DNA of 64,000 bases, taken from assembly GCA_009914755.4 (NCBI GenBank), contig CP086569.2, forward strand, positions 20,448,001-20,512,000, in the 5' to 3' direction. Below, one piece after another: positions 47,241-60,779 of the stretch. A program made the position numbers and the translations under genes. This stretch comes from the human T2T-CHM13v2.0 reference genome, Homo sapiens. The notes under the pieces were generated by a model. The model had not been told where the DNA came from. It saw only the letters and a list, made by a program, of their open reading frames with translations, and searched no databases. The first letter of the stretch is position 1, and every line of letters starts with the position of its first letter.

Positions 47241-48080
47241 CTTTCTTACTTGGCTTTGGTGTGAATGAGAAAAGAATTTAGTACTAAAATTTTATGTGCA
47301 TACAGAAGCATTATTTGAAGTCAGCCTGTTTTCCCTCAACCTCTAGTACTCTGTAAAGTATACCAAAAGTCAAGGTTTTAAAGAACTGTGTTACATATTA
47401 GAGAGAACAAATCAAAAGTTACCTATCTCCATCGTTACCAGTAGAACATTAGTATGTATTTTGAAGCACCATTTGACTCTTTCTATTTCAGCTACTTGCT
47501 TGTCCCTTGCAAAGTTATTATAGTACTCTTTTAAAACTTTTCTTCAAGGGAAGAGCTATTTTGACTTCCTTTTCTTTGATCTAAACCTAACACCCAGAAT
47601 ATGCTTAGCAGATCATCCCAAAACAATCATAACTTGTTTAAATTGTTCATAGCAAAAGTTACATATTATAAAGAGTTATGAGTGTCTTAGGCAGTGAATA
47701 GTAACTGAATATCCTTTTATAGTTGTCCTTCACTAGCAGGAAGCCTTATTCCCTGCCCTTTTACATATCTTAACTTAGAATGTTACTGTCTAAATAGTGG
47801 TTAGGCAAGAGTAGTTCTTAAACGTGCAGTAATTATCTTGCACTACATTTAAGGGCTAAATAGCTAGTAGTGGTGCTTGATAATTGAAGAAATTTGTACA
47901 GCTGGAGGAAGTACCTGCTAAATTTTCAAAAGTTACCTGAATTTAATAGGTAAATCTGTTTTTAATTAGAGCTATATCATTTTACTCTGAATGTCTTAAC
48001 ATAGAAGTTTACATAAAATTTACAGATTGGATTGATTTCAGCCTTCTTCTGGTACTTTTTAAAATCTTATTAATCATTAG

Positions 48081-48172
48081 GAAAAGAAGTTTTATTATTG
48101 ATGCAAGCCCTAAACACTCTTTCGACTCCAGAGGAGAAGCTGGCAGCTCTCTGTAAGAAATATGCTGATCTT
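48081..48172 (+). CDS. TXLNGY: Taxilin exon 3, encoding (G)KEVLLLMQALNTLSTPEEKLAALCKKYADL.
   Basis: The acceptor is cattag|GAAAAG and the donor is GATCTT|gtgagt. The peptide carries the hallmark taxilin motif. The phase is consistent with exon 2. Confidence 0.9.
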
Positions 48173-49547
48173 GTGAGTATTTATTTAATGGAGCAAGGAA
48201 CACAGAAAATAAAATCTATGTGTGCTTGATAAGATTTTTAAATATTATTTTGATGTAACTTTAAATGTAAAATGATATTTTATCTCAAAATTGAAAACAA
48301 TCTCCTTTCTTTAGTACTTATGATTGGTGTGTGTGACTTCATCTTATGAAATGATGTATAGAACATAATAATACTTTTTTAAATGTGAAATAAATTTCCT
48401 AAAACTTAATATGCTAGATCAGCAGTTTTTTTTTTTTGTATGCTTAAGATGCCTGACAATTGGGAGGAAGTGGTTTCTGTATTTAAAATTTTCCGAAGGA
48501 ATTCTGCAGATTCAAGCTCTAACCATTCTTGATTAAAATTGTGAGTTAGATAAGATTGTTTAGTAAAATTGTACTATGGCTCAGGAAATATTTATTTAAT
48601 ATCTACTGTATGCCAAGCATTGTTCTTTTTTCCATCTTCCAGGGAAATTCACCTCTTCTATAGAAGAGTTTGTTTTGAACTATACGATTTGAAACAAAAT
48701 TCTTTTTTTGGAGACTATGGAAACATTCTCAACAGGGAAACCCTACTAGACTTTGTAAAGCAAATAATGGAAAAGATACAGAACTTTTTGAAGAATCATG
48801 GGAAATTTTTATAATTAAATAAATGCTAAAATTCTGTTTTGTGAAACATTTATGGGAATTATCACTGACAGTTTTTGTACACTTTCAAATAGTGTTAAAG
48901 CAGCAACTCCATGTTGTAAATGCACAAAACAAATATTTAGTTAATAATCAACTCCAAGAATAAAGCTGTAACAATAATAGTTACTATTCTCTCATGTGGT
49001 CCATATTTACCTCCACTTAGCTGGCATCTTCAAGTGCCACATACTTAGCAGCAGCCTGGCACCTTCTGATATTTTGAGAAGCAGGAATCCCTGAGCATAA
49101 ATGTAAATAGCTTAGAACTGTCCAAAAGCAAAGACAGCAGAAAATAAAATTGTTGCTTGCTATGTTCAGGAAAGGAATGCTTCCATTGGATATGGAAGCC
49201 AGTCTCAATTGTTACATCAGCCTGAGGAAACTCATGCGAGAAATGCCAGAAAAAGAAGACAGCAACAAAGAAGATAAAAGAAAGACTGACAAAAGCATTG
49301 AATTTCTGGTAGAAAAAGCAGTGTACTAGAAGGTTAGGAGATTTCCTAGCTGTCAGCCATGAAAGGGTTGGGGAAGAAAGAGCAATTTGGTTGCATACTG
49401 TAGCATGGTCATCTAGGGTGGTCCTCAAACACATAGAAATCACACAAGAATTGTCAAATTGAAGATTTGGATTTAGTAGATCTGAAAACGCACTTTGTAA
49501 AATTGGCCACAGTAGAGGTGGAAGTGACTGAAATACTGCATTATTTA

Positions 49548-49825
49548 TTTATTTAATTAATTTATTTTAGTCAGAGTCTTGCACTGTCGCTAAGGCTGGT
49601 ATACCATGGTTCAGTCACAGTTCACTACAGTCTTGAACTCCTAGGCTCAAACAATTCTCCTGTATCGGCCTCCTGAGTACCTGGCACTACAGACATGCAC
49701 AAGCATGCATGGCTAATTTTAAAAAAATTTTTGTAGAAATGGAGTCATGAACTCCTGGGCTCAAGTGATCCTCCCACCTCAACTTCCCAGAGTGTTGAGT
49801 GAGATTACAGTTATGAGCCACCATC
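49548..49825 (-). mobile_element. Older Alu (AluJ-like).
   Basis: The sequence agtcagagtcttgcactgtcgctaaggctggtataccatggttcagtcacagttcactacagtcttgaactcctaggctcaaacaattc...gattacagttatgagccaccatccctggcc. Confidence 0.8.
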
Positions 49826-50339
49826 CCTGGCCAATAAAGGTGTTTTTAATACCTATAAGAATATTGCCTGCAAGGATGTTTGATAGGTTTCTTGATATTT
49901 CATTCTCTCTTGAAATGTTTGCTTCGTCAATTTTTTATTTTTCATAAAAGCTTTACTCAAGAATTAGGATGACCACTATGTTATCTAGTAGTATAATTTG
50001 GAATCATTTATTATAAATCTGAAACTGACTTGACTGATGAATCTTGAGCACTGCTTATTGTGTTCTAATTTTGGTAGCTGTTTCAATAAAGTAGCTCTTG
50101 TAGAATAGGAAAACTATATCATTTTAGTCTGAAATAAGCTTTTGATTAAAAGGTTACTTTTTCCTATTAATAAAAAATGGAGATTAAGATTGCTTTTCTT
50201 GCTACACAAAATTATTTACATACTTTCCTGTCACTAGAAAAGAGGGGAACATAAAATGTTCCATGGCTGTAATTGCAGTGCTTAGAGCTATAACTCAGAT
50301 TACTATACTTCCTAAATGTAAAGTGGTTATTAATTTTAG

Positions 50340-50519
<180 letters not shown>

Positions 50520-51958
50520 GTTAGTTGGTTTATTTTACTGTATTTCAGGAACTACTTAGGCTGCTTTTATAATCGCCTTGTAACTACTTGAAATAAATTC
50601 TTGCTCTATGTCTTTTAATGGGAATTAGTTGCTATAATGGCTTCTTGTTAACTGGCTCAGGTACACTTGTGCTGGTAGATCAGATTCCTAAGCAGACAAC
50701 TTTGTAGACATCTTAACACAGAGATCCCTTGCTTTTTGTTTTGCTTGAGCTGATGCTGCCTGTGAGGTAACTCTCTAAAGACTCACTCTATGTAAATTTT
50801 GGTTTCAGATTCAAGGATAAGCTCTACCTTAGTCTACTGTATACTTGATCACAGGGAATCTAGATGACATTGGTTTTTATGTTCACAGCTCTCCTGCTTA
50901 AAAAGCTCACAGTTGCCAGATATTTTTGTTGGCTTTTGGTGTAGTTGGTTATCATGTCCTTTTTTGGTAATGAGTGAAAATCTTAGCTGAAATGAAGAAA
51001 CTGGTAGCCATAGTCAGTGTGAGTTTGAGAAAGAAAAACACACTGTAGAGCTCTACTATAAAAGTTAATAGGATAGATTGTTAAACTACATTCTGCCATC
51101 TTTGGCTATTTGGTTGCTAAATACTTTAGAATATTACTTACAGCTAGGCTGATTATAACAGAAGAAGGATTAAGTATGACAGCTTGTCTCAATAATGGAA
51201 GTAAAAAGCAGAGATCCTGGAAAGAATCTGCCATCCATCAGAGGAATTTGTCTGACTTTGTGGTATTGCTAGGGGGTGTATGGTTGGAGTATTATTTTGA
51301 TGGTGCTGGATCACCCTCATCACAGTAAACTCAAGAACATAGGACAGCTTGTGAAATAGGTTCTTACTTGTAAGGTTTGTATTTATTTTTCTTGCTTTTG
51401 AAATCTTGGATTTAAATATAATAAAAGTAGATAGCACTGTCAATATTTAGACTGTACTGATAACTGTTTAGGTAAAGGTCTGTTGACACTTGTATCCTAG
51501 TAAGACTTTGAAAGTAAACTTTGTAAAATAATGATTTAGTTTGTCCCTTCCCTCTTATAAAATTGAAAGTGTAACTCAGAAAGTAGGCTGTAAGATCTTC
51601 AGGCTGATGTAGGATGGTATACTGCCTAACCAGTGAGGATGACTTTTGGGAAAATAATGTGGAAGAAACTAACTGTGGAGCAGCATCTTACTTATATTTA
51701 ATTATAGTATAGTGAATATCTGGATCAGCAGATGATACTTATTTTATAGTAGGGCATTTGCTTTTCTCTAATTATCTACTTAGAAAAAGCTGCTTGCTTT
51801 TAAATGAGAGATTTCTGGTCATAAATAAGGGGGAGGAATTATAGTTTAAAAGCAACACCTCATGGGAGCAATAAATGAACTCACATAGCAGTAGCTTCTT
51901 TTTCGCGAGCTTTATCTGTAGGTCTGTACTTTTAACATACATTATTTTGGATAATAAG

Positions 51959-52153
51959 GAGGAACATATGCAGCAGAAAAAAGAGGAGGAAGAAGTTCTT
52001 AAAGAAGTAACTGCACATTTCCAAATTACTTTAACTGAAACTCAAGCCCAGCTGGAACAGCATGAAATACACAATGCCAAACTGCAGCAGGAGAACATGG
52101 AAATGGGAGAAAAGCTAAAGAAGCTCACTGACCAGTATGCACTGAGGGAAGAG
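51959..52153 (+). CDS. TXLNGY: Taxilin exon 5, encoding EEHMQQKKEEEEVLKEVTAHFQITLTETQAQLEQHEIHNAKLQQENMEMGEKLKKLTDQYALREE.
   Basis: It is 195 nt and in frame within track ORF 51875..52219. The donor is GAG|gtaaac. The acceptor is a weak ataataag|GAG. It is strongly similar to the taxilin coiled-coil region. Confidence 0.85.
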
Positions 52154-54574
52154 GTAAACGGCGTTTGGTTTGTTTATAGACAGCTGCTCACCAGTAGCAA
52201 AAGCTACACCCTACCGTAAAGTAAAAACTCTTTCACAGGACAGTATTTTAGAACTTTTGTGTATGCACAGTGGAAATTACATGTTTATTAGGAAAAGAGT
52301 AGAAACCTGTAAACAGAATGACTAAATTGGAGCATCACTTGGCCCAAGTGTCAGTGGAGTAGGATAAGTAAAGGGATTTCTAGGAGATGTGTACCACTTG
52401 TCTCCCATATGATGCTACAAGATTGTCAATATAGCATACAGATATTTTTCTCTTATGCAGTCTAATAATACAGATTTGTTCCCTAAATACTCTGTATCTC
52501 AGATTTCTGTGACAATCTGAACAATATAAATAGGAGAATTGTGCTATTTGTGAGAATAAGGAACCTACTAATTACCCATCACCAAGTCACATTGTTTGTG
52601 TAATCAATGAAGTAAAAAGTTTGTGGAGGACTCAATAGTTGTCGAACCTAGTCATTGGAGTTATTTTATAAATTGATGTGGAAGTTGTATGATGGCTAAA
52701 TAAAAAACAAATAGGTGATAACCTGCTTATTTGTTTTTATTTTTTCTTTACTTTTAGAGGTCTATACATAGGGTAAGATTTCAATTTTCAAAGGATGCAT
52801 CCCCTTCCTTTATTATGCTTTAAGCTAGTAAAATATATATTTAAATCCTTACTTAGTAGATTAAAATTGGAAATAGAAAGTGACAATTTAAAAATTAATA
52901 AAACAGTAAATATTACTTTATGCATATCAAAATGTTATTTTGAGTTACACCTTTTCATGCTACTTTTGAAAACATTTTTCTTTAAGATTTTGAGTATCTT
53001 TTAAACCATTTTCCTCTATGTTTCAAGAACATTTCAAACTTATTATGGAAGCTGCAAACTTATAGTAGAATATATCACTTGGCTTTAGCAATTATTTACT
53101 TTTGTTTCTAGCAACTCTTGTTTCCATCTATTTTTAAGCAAATCCAAGATATTATATCATTTTATTTATTACTATTCAAATATGCATCATGAAATAAGAT
53201 TCTTTTTAAGCCATAATCACTGTACTATTTTTACTCCAAAAGGTTAAACAATTGCTATGTAATCACATACCTTCTCACTGTACTATTTAAATATCTGTTA
53301 CTTCCCTTTTCCTTCAGGTTGTTTACATCAACATCAAAATAAGGTTTATACATTTTATTGTTTTAATATGTCTCAAGTCTTTTTAGTATATAAGCTTCCC
53401 CCCCCTCTTTTTTTTCCTTGGAATGTATTTATTAAAGAAATTTTTTAGGCCTATATAGTGAACTTTTAAAATTAAATTTGTTTTATATTATAAAGCATAT
53501 TATGAATATCATCAGTTTTTTTAAAAGAATCCTTTAAATTCCATTGTTTTAAATAATGGTATTAAAAATGATTAATTTTATTTTATTTTTTATTATTTTA
53601 CTCTTTAGGATTTATATTATTTTAACTGTATTAAACTCTCCAAATTTGCTATAGAAGTAGCAGATTGGGAGAGGACATGTGTTCAAGTTGTACTACTTGT
53701 ATGTCTTGTTTAGATATTACAGTCTTTTTCTTTTATCAGAAAATAATTGAATAATGATAAAATCAGTTGCAGATTAAGACAGATTATCTGTTGCAGTCTT
53801 CTCAAAACTTAATTTAAGTACATTATTTTCAGCTAGCATTTCTTCCTTCACATAGAACCTCCATGTGTGGAGGGATTTCCTAATGAGTCTATTGTATGTA
53901 CAATAGCACTTAATGACATAGCTTTTAAATAATAACAGGATTTTACCAAATGTTTAATATGTGCCAGGCATCAAGCACCTTACACAGTTTAATTATTGCA
54001 TAGATTTGGACAGCAACTCTGCAAGTTAGGTATGGTCATGAACCTTTGCAGATAAGGAAACTGTGTTTCACAAGGAGAAGAAATTGTCCTGGATCATACA
54101 ATAAGCTAGGATTTGCTCCAGACCATTTTTTTCATTTTATCAGGCTACCTACAATTAAGGAATTTCAGAAGATTTTGTGAACAAAAAATGTCCAGGAATT
54201 ATGTGTGTAATAAATGAATTTGATATTTTGATCTCCTTATCCATCTTTTTCTTGATAAAATATCAGCTTTTTTTTTTCCAATGTAGGGCAGAAGCAAGAA
54301 GTACAGATATTTTGATGGGGACAGCCCACGTCTGATAGGGTGGGACATGGGGCAGCAGTTAGAGGGTTGTGCTCTTTCTAGTGTGGGATAGTTTGCAAGA
54401 TGATATGTTGTAGCCACTTCTGCAGTGACGGGGACAGAAGGAGTCAGTGTTCTTAACTACAGTGGTAGCAGCAGAAAAGAAGGGTAAGCAGGGTTCTAGA
54501 AATTTGTGTTATGTTTTCTCCCCACTGTATTTATTTCTTTGGTTAGTGGTGCAAGAAATTCTGTTTTCCTGTAG

Positions 54575-54694
54575 CAAATTAATAAAGCGTTCAAACATAA
54601 GGAATTACGACAACAGCTTGTAGATGCCAGACTTCAACAAACAGCACAGCTGATAAAAGAAGCTGATGAAAGACATCAGAGAGAGAGAGAGTTT
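54575..54694 (+). CDS. TXLNGY: Taxilin exon 6, encoding [40 protein letters not shown].
   Basis: The acceptor is ttttcctgtag|CAA and the donor is TTT|gtaagt. It is 120 nt. It matches the TXLNG segment [40 protein letters not shown]. Confidence 0.85.
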
Positions 54695-54826
54695 GTAAGT
54701 TCTACTTCTTGGAAAAAAAAAAAAGATCGCCAAAATTGTAACCAAAGCCATTTAAAACAAACTCCTCACTTAACATAGTGCCAGGGCATGCAATTTTGTT
54801 TCTTACTCTCTGGATGTGGGATATGC

Positions 54827-54830
<4 letters not shown>

Positions 54831-54860
<30 letters not shown>
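54831..54860. repeat. (GT)n microsatellite with about 15 units, in taxilin intron 6.
   Basis: The sequence gtgtgtgtgtgtgtgtgtgtgtgtgtgtgt. Confidence 0.95.
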
Positions 54861-54862
<2 letters not shown>

Positions 54863-56154
54863 TAAGCTTTCTGTTTCTGATGAAATTTTCATATGAAATT
54901 TACTGGAGATAAGATTAAATTAGTGGAAAAACAAGATAATTTTGCTTTCTATGTAGTGGTCACCAAGTTAAAGAATTGTGCCAGTTATTAGGCAAGATAG
55001 GCTTTGAGATTTAGGGACAGTTAAATTTTACACCAACTTAGTGAACATGAGACTTCTACCTAGTGTTACATTTCATTTTTAAATAAGCAATTTAAAAATT
55101 GGTAAATGATTTGTTTACTTTGATTATATTCTGGTATAATTTTCTGACAAAATTATCTGTGTCTTGGTCAGCATTGTTGCTAGAATATGTATTCAGATTT
55201 TGTCTGTCCATAATTGAGAACACAGAAAAAATCTAATTTGACTATACCCATTTACCCCCATGGAAATGAAACTATATTCTATGAATGAAAAATGATTTTA
55301 ATAATGTGGTGTATTACATTTTCTTCATTCAAGTAATGTAGGCCCTGAGTAGAGCATGTTATGAATATTTAGTTCCTTAGTGTTTTCTCATTCAAGCCTC
55401 TCATATTGAATGAGTCTAGGGTTTGGAGAGATGTTTCACACAGCATGTCTCTTCAGTGCAAGCTGACAGATATCAGTGCACAATTAAAGAAACTTAATTG
55501 CACCTTTCAACTTGGAGTATAAATTTTGTATGTATCTATGTATATCTATGTGTGTATTTTGTGGTTTAAGGCTTATTTACATAATATGTGACATTTTACC
55601 TCAGAAATTCAGTGACTGAATTTCACAGCTGCTTCCCATGCATCTTTATTATCTATGTTTCTGAAAAACTCAAATACTAACTAATCTCTTTTCTTCCCTT
55701 AGCTGTTCCTTTCCTGTGGTTTTAAAAAAGTGACCAGAAACTAGGTCTCTATTTTCATTGCTTTGCTGCATATTCTTTTAACCTGCTTTTATCTTTTACA
55801 GAGTTGAGGGGCTTTCTAAATAACCTAGACAATGTCAAGATTCTTAGCTGCGTTTTCTGTCTAAAAGTGTAGATGTCTAGTTATTCCTCATGTAAAACAC
55901 AACATTTCAACCCTGAGTACTATAAACTTTATTATGCTTCTAGGTTACTTTTTCTCTTTAAGCAATTATTCCTACATTCCTAAGTGTTCACCAGTGGAAC
56001 AGATAAGAGATAGAAGTAGTTAGAAATTGAGATAATTGGGTTGACCTGTCATTGTTGCCAGGATAATTACTGGAAGATTAAGCCTATCTGTTAGACATTT
56101 TGACCATGTTTATAATTGTTGTTAGTATTCTGTCAGAATGTATCTGTTTTCTAG

Positions 56155-56229
56155 TTATTAAAAGAAGCAACAGAATCGAGGCACAAATATGAAGAAATGA
56201 AACAAGAAGAAGCACAACTGAAAGAGCAG
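56155..56229 (+). CDS. TXLNGY: Taxilin exon 7, encoding LLKEATESRHKYEEMKQEEAQLKEQ.
   Basis: The acceptor is ttttctag|TTA and the donor is CAG|gtaact. It is 75 nt. It matches the TXLNG segment LLKEATESRHKYEQMKQQEVQLKQQ. Confidence 0.85.
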
Positions 56230-56699
56230 GTAACTTAACAACAGAGAATAGCAGAATTTGTGTCTTCTTGTTCCCAGCCACAGACTAGAACAGAGGATTT
56301 GATTCTTGTCCTCTTGGAAACTTTCTCTTCTTTTAGGGTGACCAATTAATTCTGATTTGCCTTGATTTTTTTTTGGCATTTTTATGGCACCATAAAAACC
56401 ATAAATGATTTGTATTCATTTTGGCAACCCTAGTTCCAGGTTGATTGTGATGGCTGGTTGTGATGGCTATTTTGAAAGTTGGCTTTCCTCTGTCCCAGAT
56501 ATTTTCTCTAAAACCTTTATAATTTTGTCTTATGGCTAGCTACATAGAATTTTAAAATATTACAAATGGCCAGACAGTCCTACTTCACCATAAGATTTTG
56601 TGTGTGTGTGTATGCTTTCTAAAAAAATATTGGGCTCTCTCCATTTTTCAGTCTGGACCCCTATAGTGTCCCATTCTAGTCTTTGTGTGCTTTTATTGT

Positions 56700-57360
56700 T
56701 TGAGATAAAGGAAACAGATGCTGTATGTTCACTTTCTAAGGAAAGATATCAGAAATGTTGTGCAGAAAAAACATAGATATGTGTGATTTTCCAGAAAATT
56801 GCAATGGAACATCTGCACTTTGTGTACTTGATGTGAAAGCTCCTGATTTAGGATACTGCAATAATAAGACTAGCTATTGCTTTAAAGGAGTATGTAGAGA
56901 TAGGGATAGACAGTGTGCACAGTTATTTGGAAAATTTTCTAGGTCTGCTAATCTTCTGTGTACAGAAGAAGTGAATTTTCTAAATGACAAATTTGGAAAA
57001 TGTGGTTCCTGTTGTCATTTTTATGATATCATTTATGGAAAGATTGTCTGTCACTGGACACATTCAGAACCAGTATCAATGACAGACTTTGATATACAAT
57101 ATACTTACTTTGGAGGTCACGTATGTTTGTCGGCACATGCAAGAAATGGTTCAAAACATGAGGGACATATACAGAACCTGTGACTACTTGTGGTCAGCAC
57201 AAGGTATGTAGATTCCAAGGATGCAGATATCTTAGTGTAATAAATATAACAAGATTTAACAAATTGCAGAGAGATTGTGGTTTGCAATGAACATTTCCAT
57301 TGTCAGTGTGATCCTGGTTATGAAGAAAGGTAACTAAATGTAATGTTCTGCGTGGCTTGC
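56700..57360 (+). pseudogene. Fragment of an ADAM (disintegrin-metalloprotease) gene with no introns, sitting inside taxilin intron 7. It covers the disintegrin C-terminus, the cysteine-rich region and the start of the EGF-like domain.
   Basis: Track ORF 56755..57183 is an open 142-codon reading frame: LCRKNIDMCDFPENCNGTSALCV...YCNNKTSYCFKGVCRDRDRQCAQLFG...CGSCCHFYDIIYGKIVCHW. This has the cysteine spacing of an ADAM disintegrin/cysteine-rich region. Upstream there is RCCMFTF*. A shifted frame downstream gives REIVVCNEHFHCQCDPGYEE, the EGF-like motif. The homology is about 650 bp and continuous. It is truncated at both ends and carries stops and frameshifts. Confidence 0.7.
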
Positions 57361-57726
57361 TGCTGTTATTCTCCCACCTAAAATAAAAAGTCTATGATGA
57401 TGGCATTAATAGAAAATTGCTTTTTCGACCTCTTTTAGGTTATCTTTTTCTTAACTGTACTCCCACTAATTTTATCCCCCATCAAACTATTTGGCTTCTG
57501 GTTTATTTTTCTGCATACATAAAGCAAAGAGTTAGCCTTAATATTAAACTAAGAACTAGATACCCTCAACTAAGCTAAATACTCTAAAGGGATGCTCTTT
57601 TTACAAGAAAAGGTTTTCAAATGCAAAGAAGACTTAGTAATACCCAAAGCATTATGGTTATATGAAATTCACAGCTATACCACTGTACTTCAGTTTTTAT
57701 TACAACTGATGGAGTAGAGCTAATAA

Positions 57727-58048
<322 letters not shown>

Positions 58049-58302
58049 TACCTTTTAACATTTACAGTTAAAGATGATGAAGACAGTGAAGTTTCAGTGC
58101 ATTTCAGTGGGTTATAAACATTTCAGGTATATATTCTGCAGTTCAGGGATTGGGTGTGTGTTTCTGTTGTTTTTCAGTCATGTATCAAACCTAATGTTTA
58201 ATTATATTAAGTTTTTTGAAAGTTATTATGTTATTTTAAAATCTTTTGGGGTTTTAAATTGCTTTTCTGAAACTCTGAATATTTGATCATTTTTTTCTAT
58301 AG

Positions 58303-58395
58303 CTTTTCCTTTATATGGATAAGTTTGAAGAATTCCAGACTACCATGGCAAAAACCAATGAACTTTTTACAGCCTTCAAGCAGGAAACGGAAAAG
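58303..58395 (+). CDS. TXLNGY: Taxilin exon 8, encoding [31 protein letters not shown].
   Basis: The acceptor is ttttttctatag|CTT and the donor is AAG|gtattt. It is 93 nt. It matches the TXLNG segment [31 protein letters not shown]. Confidence 0.85.
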
Positions 58396-58467
58396 GTATT
58401 TACATATTTTTAATAGAATATTATGTAAAAAGTAATTGATACAAGAGGTTATTTTAAGCATAACTGT

Positions 58468-58778
58468 GGCCAGGCGTGGTGGCTCACACCTGTAATCCAA
58501 GCATTTTGGGAGGCCAAGATAGGAAGATTGCTTGACAAGAGGAGTTCAAGACCAGCCTGGGTACCATATTGCTACAAAAGTGGGAAAAAAAAAAAAGTGG
58601 CCATACGGGGTGGTGTGCAGTTGTAGTTCCAGCCACTCTGGAGGCCAAGGTAGAAGGATTGTTTAAGGCCAGGAGGTCGAGGCTACAGTGATCCATGATC
58701 ATGTCACTGTACTTCAGCCAAGGTGACAGAGGGAGACCCTGTCTCTGAAAGAAAAAAACAAACAAACAAAAAAACATA
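58468..58778 (+). mobile_element. Older Alu (AluJ-like) in taxilin intron 8.
   Basis: The sequence ggccaggcgtggtggctcacacctgtaatccaagcattttgggaggccaagataggaagattgcttgacaagaggagttcaagaccagcctggg...gaccctgtctctgaaag is followed by an A-rich tail. Confidence 0.85.
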
Positions 58779-59149
58779 ATTGCACTTATATGAGTTTATA
58801 TTAATCTGATAGTATCTTTTTTTTTCTTTCACCAGCTTATTCAGGTATTTTGCCCTAAAATTGCCCCAGAATACTAATTATCATGGTATTCTGAGACTTC
58901 TATTACAATTAAAGAGAATTCTTCCATTAAGGACAGTTTATTTGTAGATGATTTTTGTTTAGTCACCTCTCTTAATTACCCAGTTCTTTCACATAGCCTT
59001 ATGTAAACTAAAAATTTTATATAAAATTATTTTAAAAATCCAAGCCAAGGAAAGTAATAATATATCTTGGTAGGAATAGCTTTATTTCTGAGGACCTAGC
59101 TAAACCTGAAATATATTTACTCTTTGAAATTTAAACTACATATATGTAT

Positions 59150-59310
59150 AGTTTTTATATATATATATATTCACACAATATACAAGATGTATTCTTAATA
59201 CAAAATTTAATTATATATATAAACTATATATATATTATATATAAACTATATATGTATTCACACAATATACAAGATGTATTCTTAATTAATACAAAATTTA
59301 AACCGTTTTT
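59150..59310. repeat. Local tandem duplication with a unit of about 85 bp, present in 2 copies, in an AT-rich context.
   Basis: The unit tattcacacaatatacaagatgtattcttaat(t)aatacaaaatttaa occurs at about 59171-59215 and again at about 59255-59305. The track ORF shows HNIQDVFLI twice. Confidence 0.75.
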
Positions 59311-60779
59311 TAAAATTAGATGTAGAAAAATGTTATGGGTTATTCCAATTCAGCATACAGGCTAAAATAGCAATTTTAAAGAGCAGAATTATCTGTCTCC
59401 CCAAATAAACACATAGCACTGCGGTTTGGAGCATAAACTCTGAAACTGAGATCTCTAACTTGCACTTCGTGACTTCCTTAGGGTGAGTCATTTACCTTGG
59501 CATTTCCCTATTTAAGTTAAGATTTCTTTAAAATGTGCTGATTGGAGATAGTACAGTAGCTGTGTCTGGGAAATTCATAAGCATTCAATATATGTTAGTC
59601 TTGATTATTATTAGATCTTTTTTTGCTATAGATGACCATAGAACAAGTTATTTAACTTTTCCATGTCTTTCTTTTCTCATGGTTAAAAATAAAAACAGCA
59701 AAAACATCTAATATACTTAAGTCAATTCTTGGTTGTGTTAAATACTCAAATTACTACCTTCATTACTTTTTAGACTTAGTAATTGGGAGAATTCATTGAG
59801 TAACAAATAAGTTCTTCCTGCCTATCCTTTCAGTTATGACTGCAGTGGAAGCAGAACTGTTAGGCACAGTGAAAGTGTTAGATGGACTGTAGCATATGCT
59901 ACATAGTGGGTGTAAAGGTGACTGTAGTTCAGCACCTAACAGATCTTCCAGACCTCTTCTCCTGCCTTTTGTACGAGTTTGACTTGTGATACAGTTTTGT
60001 TTGTTAACCAAAGCACAGGATATTTGCTTTATCTTACCCTTATTTTCCGTAACATTGCCTGGCTCGTTACCTGTATTTGGAACAAAGCTGATTGAAGGAT
60101 ATACCTAAAGTTTATCCTGAGTGTCTGGGAATTCGGTTCTTGTAGTATAGGTTCTTCCTCCCCTTATTTTTGGACCATTTTGGTCTTTATCAAAATGTGA
60201 AATAAAGCAATCTTGTGAATTGAAAGGATAAGTGAAACTAAGGATTCAGAAATGTTAATACCTCTTTCCTGATTAGTTCCCTAAATTACGCTACCTCTAG
60301 CTCTTACACTGATTTCCTTTCAGATTCTTGAGCTACTTTGGGACTGACAGTATATAAAATAATCTGATGGATTAGTGTAATTTATCATTTCTCCAGAAAA
60401 CTCGGGGACATTTTTTCATATACTTCAGGAGCAGGAGGTCTCAGCTCTACTGTCCACACCTGAGCTGAGCTACACATCAGTCTTAATTGAGAGAATTCAG
60501 CTACCATGTGCTGATTCCCTTGAAATTAAGGACAACAACTTTGTTTTCTTTTAATGTGAAACTTCTGCTTTGGTTACTGCTGCTTTTACCATAGGAGCTT
60601 CTGAGATAAACTTTACTAACAAAAGAAAGATACCACTTACTCTTATAAAGAAAACACAAGTGTCAGCTGGTTGAGAAGAATGCAGTGATGGAGGAAGGGA
60701 AGAACATTGTAAAGTGATTTCTGTGGTGGATCAGGAAGTGAAACTTAGAATTTAAGTTTATGATTATGTTGATTCACAG

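Noticed and set aside
48569-48814. An 81-aa ORF about 400 bp downstream of taxilin exon 3 (…ETLLDFVKQIMEKIQNFLKNHGKFL).
   Set aside because: I considered it as a possible alternative terminal exon. There is no acceptor in a sensible phase and no taxilin homology, so it is probably intronic.
51875-52219. A 114-aa plus-strand ORF.
   Set aside because: It contains taxilin exon 5 (51959-52153) flanked by intronic read-through on both sides. It is not an independent gene.
59150-59310. A repeat-spacer-like periodicity that might suggest a CRISPR array.
   Set aside because: The sequence is eukaryotic. It is a simple two-copy tandem duplication in AT-rich intron, and there is no cas context. Prokaryotic feature classes do not apply to this window.
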